This document shows, one piece after another, positions 12,535 through 24,599 of a DNA stretch of 64,000 bases. The notes beneath the pieces were generated by a model. It saw nothing but the letters and a program-made list of their open reading frames with translations. It was not told the origin of the DNA and searched no databases. This stretch comes from Lingula anatina (taxonomy: Eukaryota > Animalia > Brachiopoda), in assembly GCA_051362555.1 (NCBI GenBank), contig CM120649.1, positions 5,828,001-5,892,000 of the forward strand, read 5' to 3'. Positions within the stretch are counted from its first letter, which is position 1. Each line of letters starts with the position of its first letter. A program made the position numbers and the translations under genes.

Positions 12535-13338
12535 CTAAAATAAATGGAAATATGTTTCAAAATGTATAGAAAGGTTAACATATCAGCATATAGCAGATGA
12601 ATAAATTAGATTGAAAACACATTAAACACATTAATAACCCAAGCTTTCTACTTATGTGCCTTTTCCAGGAACTAAAAAAAATAACCTGTGCCATTTATCT
12701 TACGCTTGATGACACTACATCAAATCAAAAGTGATTGGTTTAGGTTTTTTTTATTCCTGAAGAAGGTGCAAAAGCTGAGAGCTTGGGCATTTTATACCAA
12801 TAATGTGATCTTAATACTTGCATTTTAAATCAAATTTATTTCTTATACAAAATCAACATGATGCTTATTATTAATCTTCAACATATACTAGATGTAACAC
12901 AAAATAATAAATGTGTATTTAAGTGGTGCAATAATGTAAAATGTCACTTTTAACTTTGGATTCTATGAAACACTCCTCTTAGCATTACGATCTTGCAGGG
13001 TATAACAGTTGAATAATACAGACACACAAATAGATCTGGCCAGATGGACCTCAGTTTTCATCATGGTCAGGTTATACAATACAATTTCATTGGCTGTGAC
13101 AGCTAAATGTGTTAGGTGTGCACTGTGAGTGCACTAAATGTAGCAGTGGATTGTGTTGGGTGTGCCAGTTCCTGTTAAAGGTATTAAGTGTAAAGATGAT
13201 TTGTGTTAGGTGTGACAGCTGATTGTGTTAGGTGTGACAGCAGATTGTGTTGGGTGAGACAGCTGATTGCATTGGGTGTTTCAGCAAATTGTGCCAAGTG
13301 AGAAATGAGTGTGCAATTTTTATTTACACGGAACTTAC

Positions 13339-13420
13339 AATCACTGCATAGAACATGACAGTTCCCACATTGTCAAAGAAGGTTCTGTCATACAAACTGT
13401 AGGCTGATTCCAGTATTATT
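13339..13420 (-). CDS. SLC9A: NHE exon IILESAYSLYDRTFFDNVGTVMFYAVI
   Basis: CAG/GTAAGT, phase 2 to 0, 'FFxNxGT' motif. Confidence 0.95.
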
Positions 13421-15213
13421 CTGAAAACAAAAGATACTTTTTTACTTATACTTTATTTAGATAAAAGGAAGTGACATATTAATCAAACTGTAGATATCTA
13501 TTTTATAGGTCATGCATAACTTTATATTTTAGTCTTCTTATAATTATAATCAATACATTTTCACGTATAAATCTATCTTTAGTGATTTAACTTTTCTTTA
13601 CTCATTTTTGATTCATTTTCCCTTTTGCAGTTTTCTTTTTTTACTTTCTTACATCTGATTATTTCACTGTAATGAGAGAGCAAGCTCTGCTACAAATAGC
13701 ATCTCCAGTCTGTGCCTTAAAGTTTCCAACACTTGGAAAACTAATAAACCACCAGCAACTTACACTCTCAAGATAAAATCTTACAAAATGGAAAATGATC
13801 TAAAGCAACCACTGAACTTTTTTGTAGTGTCGACAGACTAGTGACTTTGAAAAATCAATTTTTTAACAAGTCTGTCACCAAATCCACTTGTCAAAATGTC
13901 TTGGAGTTGTGGAACATGTCATAAACTGAAAATCTACATTCTGAGATTTCCCAAAGGACAGCACAAAGCCATTTGATGGGTTCCGTTGATAATGCATGAA
14001 TGAATCAAAATAATTGACTGTCATCTTGGTTCACATTATCTACAATTTTAAACTTGTGTTACAAATTGATGATGGGCACCGTAAATATAAAATCTATATT
14101 TTCTCTTGCTTGTGTCAAATGTATTTAAAAAGAGTCAAGATAACTTGATTTCAGAATGACAAGAAAATATGTTCAACATTTCGCTGATCTAACATTATAT
14201 TCAGCATGCTCATCATCAAAATCCGTTTTCCTCACATAAAACTTCTTTTTCGTGAAAACATTAGAAAAGGGGCATCTTGGAGCATTTTATCATCCTTCCA
14301 AAAAACCGAAGTATTTATTCACTCTCATTTTATGAAAGCAATTCCTGGACAGGCCTTTGTATCCAGAGTCCCCCTCCCCAAATTGGTCAACCTTAACTAA
14401 ACATTTTTAATGGTACAGTTATCACTCAAGGGAGGAAAATTAATACTGCATTTTTAAGTCATAATTCCTTAAAATTATAACAGTCCTATTGAGTTGTAGC
14501 AACAAAATTACAAAGCAGGCTACTCTAAAAGTTCTATTCTATGCAGTAAAAGCTATATATTGTCAAATGCTATGCAGAAATGTTATTTTAGCATTTATAA
14601 AACTATAGATCTGACATTTCAACAATTTTTGTGCATAAAATAGATCAATTAATCACCATGTTACGTGTGAATATCAGGACTACTGTCTGGAAGTGAACTT
14701 TTCACCTGTGACACTTTATATCAGCACCATACAGCCACTTTGTAACTGATCTTATTTTAAGCCTGCATATTGCCATTGCCTGTAAGTGCTCTCAGATGGA
14801 AATTACAGTATGGATTAGATTCGTTAATACTAGTAAGCAATGGTTCCTGATGCCAAAGAAAGTAAGTCTATCCTTTCTGCAAAGTCTTCTTCGTTATAAG
14901 CATTATATTCCATGGTCTTCATGTTCCAACCATAATAACTACTGTTACAGTGCTTCACAAACCAAACATTAAAGTTTAAATACTGTTAATAGGAGATTTA
15001 ATGTAAAAACAATGAAAAAAAAAATGAAAAAAAAAAAATAAATAAATAAATGAATAAATTGGGAACTTAGTGGAATCAAAATTCTCAATCAAGAAGGGAG
15101 TTTACCTGGTCATCAAAGGACTTCTCAATTACATTAAAGATATGAAAATATAAATATTTATTTGTAATATGAAAGTTTGAAGGAGCAATTGACAAACACA
15201 TTAAGGTACTTAC

Positions 15214-15282
15214 GGTGGTAAAAGGTAGAGGAAAAAGACATCTGGAGGGAGAGAAGTGGGGAAAAAATCTGCTCCGGCACCT
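15214..15282 (-). CDS. SLC9A: NHE exon (69 nt) GAGADFFPTSLPPDVFFLYLLPP
   Basis: CAG/GTAAGT; FFLYLLPP transmembrane motif. Confidence 0.95.
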
Positions 15283-15594
15283 CTGAAATCGAAGAAAAAT
15301 CAATTAAATTAATAAAACACACACAGATTAATGACATATTGAAATGGTTTAAAAAAATGTCAGTATTGCTTCACAGGAACTTTTGCAATAACACCAATAT
15401 GTTGTTCACCATTCAATTTCATAAATCCACCCAAAGTTATGACAACAGTACTGTATGGAATGTCTTGTTTTGAGGAAAGACTATGCATGCTTTTTCATCA
15501 TACGACTGATACAAAATGAGTATGTTTGAATTTGTGTCATTTTCTGAATCAAAGCAACAATTTTTTTTCTGTGACGGTAAAATAATATACTCAC

Positions 15595-15636
15595 GTTAAA
15601 ATGCCACCCAAAACAGTCCCCAACACAATAAGAAGA
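15595..15636 (-). CDS. SLC9A: NHE exon (42 nt) LLIVLGTVLGGIL
   Basis: CAG/GTGAGT boundaries, phase 2 to 2, continues the 'PESCLLI' motif. Confidence 0.92.
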
Positions 15637-15929
15637 CTGAAAAAAATTATAAAAATTTAATTAAGTTAACCCAGAATGTTAGAAAAATGTATGCAAAGGA
15701 TTTTGTTGGAACATTATTTTTCATCAGTAGTTTAAAAAAGTTTGAAAAAAAAAATCAAAGTTAAACAAAAAGCTTGTGTAATACTAATATAAGTGTACAT
15801 CACAATATGTGTGCCTAATACATGTATTTTGCAAATAATAAAAATTTCATTTTTCTATTCATAAATACAGCAAAACAATATATTGCTTTTATCTTATGTT
15901 GAATTATTTGCTTATATATAAATACATAC

Positions 15930-15975
15930 CATGATTCTGGTACAATTGATGATAAAAAGTTTGCATGATGAAAAC
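15930..15975 (-). CDS. SLC9A: NHE exon (46 nt) GFHHANFLSSIVPESC
   Basis: AG/GT boundaries, phase 1 to 2, conserved NHE 'GFH...PES' motif. Confidence 0.93.
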
Positions 15976-18362
15976 CTGCAAAAATAAAAAAAAAAAGATA
16001 AAAATCATATTTAAATTTCTGTGTGAATTATATGCCAATTTTCTACAAAAAGGATACCTTCAAAGAAAATTTTCTAAAAATGGTCAAAAATGCTCTAAAA
16101 ATATATCCAAAGTCAAAGTCTTCTTCATTATCTCCTGCAGAGATCAACTGTGTCCTCCACAAAACATGTTTCAATCAATCTTCCCTTAATTCTTATGGAA
16201 ATAATTTGATTAATTCCAATTTTTACTCAAAAGAGCCAATTTGATCAGCACTATCTACAGAACCTGCTTCAACATAATCGAAAAAAGTCTCAAAAGCGAT
16301 GACCAGCCATCATCAATCTTTTCTTCGCCTTATTGATGGTGACTTGTGTATTAGAGTGAAGAAACCATTGATCCACCATATCAATACATAAAGACAAAGT
16401 GGTCTGGGTAATTTCCGTACTAATAGCTGATGAAATATAGTATGGGAACTAAATTGCGTATTATTTCTTCTGTTTCCATGGCCATTTCATTATGTGACGA
16501 GCCTGTGTATATTTATCTTTATGCCTTGCTTATTTTTTCATCCACTATAAGTGCTTTTTTGTCTGAGTATGACACTATTTCCTAATTAATCACCCTACTT
16601 CATCAATATTCTCTTCATAAAACAGTAGAGTATGTTGCTGCAATACAATGTTGCATTATAACCCCCAAATGCTTTGATTGAGAATCTTTAATTTGTTATC
16701 TGAAAGGAAATTCTGCAGTTTTATATGCAAATTTTATCTAAAAAATTTTATATGTATTTTCATCTAAAATGTGCTCCTAACTAACTAAAATGTATTTATT
16801 ATAACATTCTTTATCACAGAAAGCAATCATAAATCAGTAATATATATTCTAAAAACTAGCTACATAAATCATTGTAACTATTATCATTAAGCAAAACGTA
16901 ATGCATAAATAATAAAGTGTAACAACAGTTAAAACATCATTATCCTTTCATTAGTATGTACTCACAAATATTATTGTGCACTTAACAGATTTCAACTAAA
17001 TTTGTTCCTCCAAAACAATAAATTTAAATTAATTGAATTTAATTTGCAAATTGAATAAGAAAGATTCATGGAAAGTTTAATACAAGTATGAAATTTACTA
17101 GCTAAGTAAACCTGGTTTCAGAAAATTTTGGCAATCAATATTATGGGAATTCTGAATGCTGTACACGTTACCATTTCTCCCTTGAGTAAAATAAACTAAG
17201 ATGTTCAGAAATCACAGGTTCATCAATTTGCTTGTTGCAAAAGAAAAAAAAAATTCCCAATGGCGTACTAAAGTACAGTATGAGCTCTTGAGAACTGCAT
17301 AACAATTTCCAAAAAAAAATAAACAGACAAGCCAACTGAATAAAGTAAATTCAATGAAATTAGGCTTAATGCAGTATGGGAATTCCCTGTTCTAAGGATC
17401 ATATGCAAAGATAAAACCTTTAGAGCATAATGAAAAGGTCAATAAAGTAAGTAAACAACTGACATGTTGATCCGTGATTTTCCCTACTTAAAACATGTAA
17501 CTTTGAGCTGCATATAAGCTATTAAGTTATAATAATTTATATCGGCAAGAGGAAAATGCAACTGTCTGTCTCTCATTCAGGGTAATTTAGCACTTAGCTC
17601 ATTCCTACGCAGACTTCAATAAAAAAAAAAAAAAGATGTATACATAGAAAATATGAAGCCATCTATCTTCATGCATGGACTCCTGGGAAAACAACAAAGG
17701 TTGAATAATATCATCCTGCTGATAAAACAGTACAAATGTAAAAGTTAAATGACATATCATCTGTAGATCACTTTTTTTGTTCATCTCTTGGGTACCCCTA
17801 GGGATAAATGAAATATTTTTTCCCATTATCTTGATATATATGGAAAGCTTTAAGAGTACAGAATTCCTACTTTAAGTTAACTGGTTCAGTTCCAAATGAC
17901 ATCACCAGATTAATTTACCAGCAATTAATGAGCTGACACAGCAAGTAGAATTTAAATTTGAATACACCCTAAACTTCTAAACTTAATGCAAGTGGTGGGC
18001 AAGTGCTTCCTGTAGTTACAAAACTATAAACTGAGAAGGGCTGACCCAAATTAAATTTGAATACACCTTAAATTTAATATAAGTGATAGGCATGTGCTTC
18101 CTGTGACTACAAAACCATAAAGTGAGAAAGGCCGACCCAAATTAAAACTGAATTCACCTTACATTCAAGGCCTGTCTCCAGTGGCGAAAGGATGACCTAA
18201 CATGCCAGGTGATGTGCATGTAACAATCTATTGCTTCCTGTAGTTACAAACCTATAAACAGATACCTTACTGAGAAAGTAGACACTAATTAGATCTCCTT
18301 TGTGAACTGACCTTAAAATTAATCAGTTTGGTCCTTCAGAGACCTTTACTCGTTATGTCTAA

Positions 18363-18563
18363 GACCCCATTCCCACAGATTTTAGAACGATCTATCACCT
18401 TGGGGAGTCTTACTAGATTACTGTCAGCTTAGCAGGCTTAAAGGTCTGTCCCGCCTACTAAAAGCTGTAAGGGGGTAATTAACTTTTGTGCACAGTTGGC
18501 AGACAGCAATTTAGAGTGAACCCCCAGGGAGTTAGGTCGATCTAGTTGATCGGGAATGCGCTC
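18363..18563. mobile_element. MITE family A copy
   Basis: GACCCCATTCCCA...GGGAATGCGCTC, TAA flanks. Confidence 0.75.
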
Positions 18564-19104
18564 TAAGTGTGAAGGCACCTGTTGTTACATGTGACTGGCA
18601 GTGCTTATTGAATACCTGTGGGAATGGGTATCTATGCTTGTATCCAATCAACTCACATGTTACCTGAGTCAACAAATCTTGGGTTTGTTCAATATCAGCT
18701 TTGTAAGATTTCCTTGTAAGTTAAGGACGGCATTTTCATGATGTGTTGGCCTTTACAAAAGATCTAAGGTATGCTACAGTAGAATTCAAAGATAAACATT
18801 CTGCTAACTGCTATAAAGATGATGCCAATTCTATAAGAAAATGATAGGTCCTAACTTATTTTTTAAAAGTATGTTTTCAATTTTGTTCATTTTTTTCTTT
18901 TTGCTTTAACAGAAAAAAATTTAAATGACAGAGGGGTACTTTTTCCATGGTCCAATCTGAAATTGGTAATGAACTGAAAATCATTTCTTGGTCAAGAAAT
19001 AAAGTAGTATTTTCCCCTCAATATTTTTTGTTTTCAATAATCCTTTTCAGATAATGAACTTTATTACAGCATTATATGTGTTCCATTAGTTCCATTCATA
19101 TATA

Positions 19105-20765
19105 CAGACTTGACATTTAATATGGAATATTTTTTTCCAAGTAATTTTTTATCGTTTTTTTCCTATTTTGCTGACTGATAAATAAAAATAAGGATTAAAA
19201 TCGTGTTTTAATAACTTTAAATTATCGCTTTGATGTCATTGGGACATCAATTCATTAATGGAATTCGCCAGAGAAGCAAACAAAAACACATTGCCTATTC
19301 TATGCCATACGACTTCCATTAAAAGAGATATTTTGGATCTCCATATTTTCCAAATTATCTTCTGTAAAAGAGTTATACGCTCCATAAAAGACCCTCATGT
19401 CAATTGCTAGTCACAAGAATGGTCGCTGTTACGCCTGGCCTCTTCTGGCTGTTGCCAGCCCTCTCGGGCGGCAAGGCATTCCTTGGGGTAGGTTTTTAGA
19501 GTTCAATCGGGAATAATATTCTAGGCATCGGTCTAAAATTGTCCAATTTGGTCCAGTTTTGTTGTAGGACATGTAGGCAGTTGATTCGGCGAGTAATGGC
19601 CTACCGAAATATTGTCTATGTGGTTCAAATGTGGCGATTTTGATGACCAGGGTAGCTGCTCATTCCCTTGGTTCTGTAAGTTATCTGCTATTAAAAGTGC
19701 TCTGTGTGAACCGGCAACCTCACCGTGCAACCTAAAATCGTTCCTAAGGTGTCCCCTATCAAATGATAGTCAAGTGGTTCCGAGATTATCCCTTAATTTG
19801 ATCTGGTTCAGGTTTTCGTCGATGACTACCATTGGTGTTTTGGCACCAATGTGGTATCCACTCCAAATACTGACGCTGTCAATCACCCTTGTCACTTTAG
19901 ACCCGGCATATGCTTCGTCGTAGGTCTCTTCTGGACAACTGTAAACTCTGTTTTGACTAATTGGGCGGTACAGGTGAAATCTGACCTCAATAAAGAAAGT
20001 CACGCAGTTTCAGTGTTCTACCCAGAAACGGCCATGGCCCCCAATTCATTAGAGAAACAGACGACGATGTTTTGCTGTTTACAGTGGGTGCCTCGGAGGT
20101 CGTTTGGTGTTCTTACCTGCTAAAACCAGTTTGGTGTTCGCTAAGGGCTTTAAAAAACGCATTTTGGTGGCAATTTACCCCTCGTTCTGACCGGACTAAG
20201 TGTTTTTTGTTTAGTTGCAGCAGCGTATCCCGAAAGACAGTGGGTCCTGTACCCTGTAGGTAAGATTTTGATACATTGGGGGTGACCTCTGTGTAGGTGC
20301 ATCAGTCTGGGCATTACTCTTTAAAACTGTGGGGACCGTTCCGTTTGGCGCTATGATCTGTCTGGTAATGTCTGTCTTTTTCGCGCCATTCTGCCATAGA
20401 TTAACAAATTTGTAATGCACTACTTGACTCATCTTACGCACTGCAAAACTGACCGCTTGCATGCAAAATTTCAAATTCTTCTATGCAGTGGTTGCCGACA
20501 TAAAGGTACTTTTTTGACAGAACCAAGCTTTGCCTAAGCCAAGCTTTGACCAGCCTAAAGGAACACTACCCAACTAAATCACTACATATTACATAATATA
20601 GCAGCGCAACAGACATGAAAGTCAGTTAATTGGTAGCGACACACCTGACTACACACTTCTCCATTCACAAATCTTATATGAGATCGGAGTTTTTTGAAAA
20701 AAGAACGCATTTTTACCTAGACATACCTTCGAAACTGAAATATTCCATATTAAATGTCAAGTCTG
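19105..20765 (-). mobile_element. Decayed Tc1/mariner DNA transposon
   Basis: 28-bp TIR CAGACTTGACATTTAATATGGAATATTT with TA on both sides; broken transposase frames include LPWSSKSPHLNHIDNI (Tc1 WPxxSPDLNPIEN motif). Confidence 0.9.
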
Positions 20766-21482
20766 TAAATGCATATCCTTATATATTGTGTAAATAATGT
20801 AGTCCATTGAGCCTGCAAATGTATCCCCATATCATTTAGTGGTCAATTAACTTATTATTATCATTAGTCCCAAAGCTAGAGGTTGAGAAGTCAAATAGCA
20901 ATTAAGCAGCCCCCCTCTCCCCAGGGGGTGAATCTCTCCCCAGGGTTCACCCTTACTAGTAAAATACTTCCGAGGTAGATCCAAAAGGGTAGGGGGGAGG
21001 TGCCATGCCATCAATCATATTCTTTCTGAAATCACTTTCTGATGTGGCAGCATAACTACCAAAATTATCAACCCTGGTGCCCACTCAGTTATTAGTTTTC
21101 GATTTTCAATTACAGAGGAAAATAAATCACAAGATAGACAGTTTGAACGAAGTCTTATTCAATAATAACATCTATGCTATTGACTTCAAAAACTAATTCA
21201 ACCTGCTTTTCTGTAGAGAAATTCATTACTGTGTTTGGCAGGAAAAAAGAAGAACATAACTTTTCACTATCCATAGTGCTGGCAGGGACTACACTGTGAC
21301 ATTGACTTGCCAGTGGCAGAAGTCTGAAAGCAAGGTGCAAATTAGAAACAATAAAAACTGCAATATACAGTGAGTACATAAGTAAATAACCCTGTTCTTC
21401 CTTAAGACCTAGAACAGAATGGGTCCATATGAAGTGGGCAATGAGTATACGACTCCACTGAGGGTTTATTGTATTCTGTTCC

Positions 21483-21990
21483 AACCAGTAAAGTGAATGC
21501 CTCCTACCTAATTCAGAACCAAAAACAGAACCAGTTAAGTGAATGCCTCCTACCTAAACCAAAACCAAAAACAGAACCAGTAAGGTGAATAAATTCAGAG
21601 CCTAAACCAGAACCAAAAACAGAACCAGTAAAGTGAATAAATTCAGAGCCTAAACCAGAACCAAAAACAGAACCAGTCTAGTGAATAAATTCAGAGCCTA
21701 AAGCAGAACCAAAAGCAGAACCAGTAAAGTGAATAAATTCAGAGCCTAAACCAGAACCAAAAACAGAACCTAAACCAGAACTAAAAACAGAGCCAAAAAC
21801 AGAACCAGTAAGGTAAATAAATCAAGAACCTAAACCAGAACCAAAAACAGAACCTAAACCAGAACCAAAAACAGAACCAAAAACAGAGCCAGTCTCAGAA
21901 CCAGCTTTAACTTAAAAGTGAAATAAACCAAGAACCTAAACCAGAACCAAAAACAGAATCAGTCTATCTCCCAACAGAACCAGACCCAAA
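21483..21990. repeat. A/C-rich minisatellite (AAACCAGAACCAAAAACAGAACC)
   Basis: 12-bp sub-units in ~48-bp higher-order units. Confidence 0.9.
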
Positions 21991-24062
21991 CGAGCCTAAG
22001 CAATGACCCATGTAAACATATCCCCTCCTTCATCATACTCAGTTAGTATCAGGTAGACCAGGTTTCCAAGAAGCCTTAGGATATGACGGAGCATTTTACA
22101 TTAACCTGTCTCAATTGAATAGCAGAAGATGGATTGCTTTTCCAATAAACATGTTTAGAGGATCATGCATTGCTGTGGGCTTCTGAGCAAAGTGGTACTA
22201 TATATTACGGTAATTACTTGATTTTTTTCAACGAGGGAAAATGTGAATTTTACAGACACTATTTTTAAGTCATAATTTCTTAAAGTTAGAATAAATCCTA
22301 TTTAGTGGCAGCAACGAAATTAAAAAGCAGACTACTCTACCTTTCTAATCTATGCAGTAAAAGCACCACAAATGCTACACAAAAATATAACTTCTGTGAA
22401 CATAAAATTATGTATCTGACAGTTTGATCATTTCCCCCCATTGAAAAGATCAAGTAATTACCACACAATGCCACTGTTGCTAGTGTAGATACAGGTGTTT
22501 TTCAACCTGCATGAACCTAGATACTGTGAAGAGATATAAAATGTAACATCCAGGTTAGGAGTTCATTGCAACTGACTGTTTCCACATGTAAGCACAGGCA
22601 AATACCAGTACTTCTATTGTATCATTATTCCATTTTACCAGCTGTACTTGGGTTAATTGTACCTTGATGACATAGCATTAAATTGTTAGAGTCAGAGATG
22701 AAAGTGGGGTTGAAAATAATCTGGAAAACGCAAGTGCAGAAGGCATGTAGCACCATATGAAATTCGGTGGGGGCACAAATACAATACCCAAATTCTCAGA
22801 ATTCAGGATAAATCATGGAGAACATCACTATAGAATGATTGAGAAACTTGTAACTGAATTAATTCTGGGTCAAAAAGGAAATTAATTACGCACTTTACTA
22901 TTTTGTCCTGTGTTGTTGCAAAGAAAAGATGATTTTGCCAAAAAGTTCATTTTCAAATTTTCAATTTGGTGGCAATAATTCACCTACCAGTAAAAGAATA
23001 CTTAGCCCATAGAGAGCCTGTATGCAGGACATTTCACATAGTGAATTAAAACTTTCCATTCCATCTTATTATTTCTTGAGTGGTCCTACAATGTAAGTTT
23101 ATTACTAGTACGCTACAGAGAACTTAAATAATCGCTTTCACCAGGACGGAGGTTCTACCTGATGGAAGAAATATCAAAGAAAGCACATGCTAAAGGCACA
23201 GCATCATGGGCTACATTCAGAACAGAGGACTAACTAGTCCCAGGGTCAAATATGGCTAATCCACTTGAATGCTTCCCAACAGGGAATTTTTTCAGTGTCT
23301 ATTAGCAGATAAGACGGCAAGCTTTATAGTGGGTCACCATATTTGATCTGTGGACTAATTAGTCCCCTGTTCTGAATGTGGCCATGATGACCAACAAAAA
23401 TGTGACAAAATATTTTGGTGTTTCTTTCCAAACTATTAAGCAATCAATCTCTCAAAACATTTGGCAATGCATTGATGGAAAGCCAAGACAGCTAAAATGC
23501 TAATGTAAACAAGGCAGCAAAGCTGTCAAATGTACAGACAAAAAACAGAAAATAAAGATGCAAAATAGGTCATTTTGTCAATTTTGATGCAATAATAAAT
23601 AATGCTTATCATAGCACTGTCAGTCAACACTGAATTTTAATCATGCACAACAGGTACCATGGTCAATAACAGGAGCGAACCCAGAGATATTTTCTGACAG
23701 TATTCCAAAGTATCTATGTTGATCCATCCTCCATTTTTATGGTCTTCCAACAGAAAAAAATACCAGTCAATATAAACTTAATAACCTGACCGTCTTCCGG
23801 AAGACCCAGAAGATGGTCTCAATCCACCCCTTCAATAAGATTACAGTTTCAGGACCATGAGAGTTCAAATTCTCATAATGAAAGTCTCAATATTTGAAAA
23901 ATGATGACAGTGCATAAAATAATATTACATAATGTTTAAAGACATAAAAAACAATACAACTGCTTATGTGGAAATATAGAAAATGTGCAGAGCCTCAGGC
24001 AGATGAGAGTTAAAAGTCACAAATGCCAGTGTTTGAGAAAAAATTAAAAAGGAAAACATAAC

Positions 24063-24287
24063 AAAACTAGAAAAGCACTCCAAGAGCGCAGACCTCTGCC
24101 AAGACAGCAATTGTTGATTATTATTGATTGATTATTGATCGAGACCACCACCAAAAACTAATCATTGTCCTCCTTGCCCACTTCTGACAGTTCCTGAAAA
24201 TTTCATCAAAATCGGTCCGTAACTTTTTGAGTTATGTTGATGACAGACAAACAGGGGTGAAAACATAACCTCCTTGGCAGAGGTAAA
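24063..24287. mobile_element. Short HINE/DINE-like non-autonomous Helentron
   Basis: AAACTAG...GCACTC/GAGCGC stem, subTIR ACCTCTGCCAAG, GACA microsatellite, terminal ACCTCCTTGGCAGAGGT hairpin. Confidence 0.7.
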
Positions 24288-24329
24288 TATAATTCCAATG
24301 ATGCTGCCATTCAAACTTTTAATCTTTTT

Positions 24330-24368
<39 letters not shown>

Positions 24369-24599
24369 TTATTTGCAATATTAAACAAAATTTACCTGCA
24401 TAATTATCACTGCTTACTTATTATTAATCTAGCAGAGAGCTTAACCTTTGGGAGTTTACAGGGAAATATCAACAAGTGTGCTTTATGCAATCTCATTTAA
24501 TGGCCTATTAATGACTTTATAACTCTGAACTTAGCTAAGTGATACCCAAGGGAAATTTACAGACTGACCCTCTCAAAGATCTTTCAGGCCCATAAGTCA

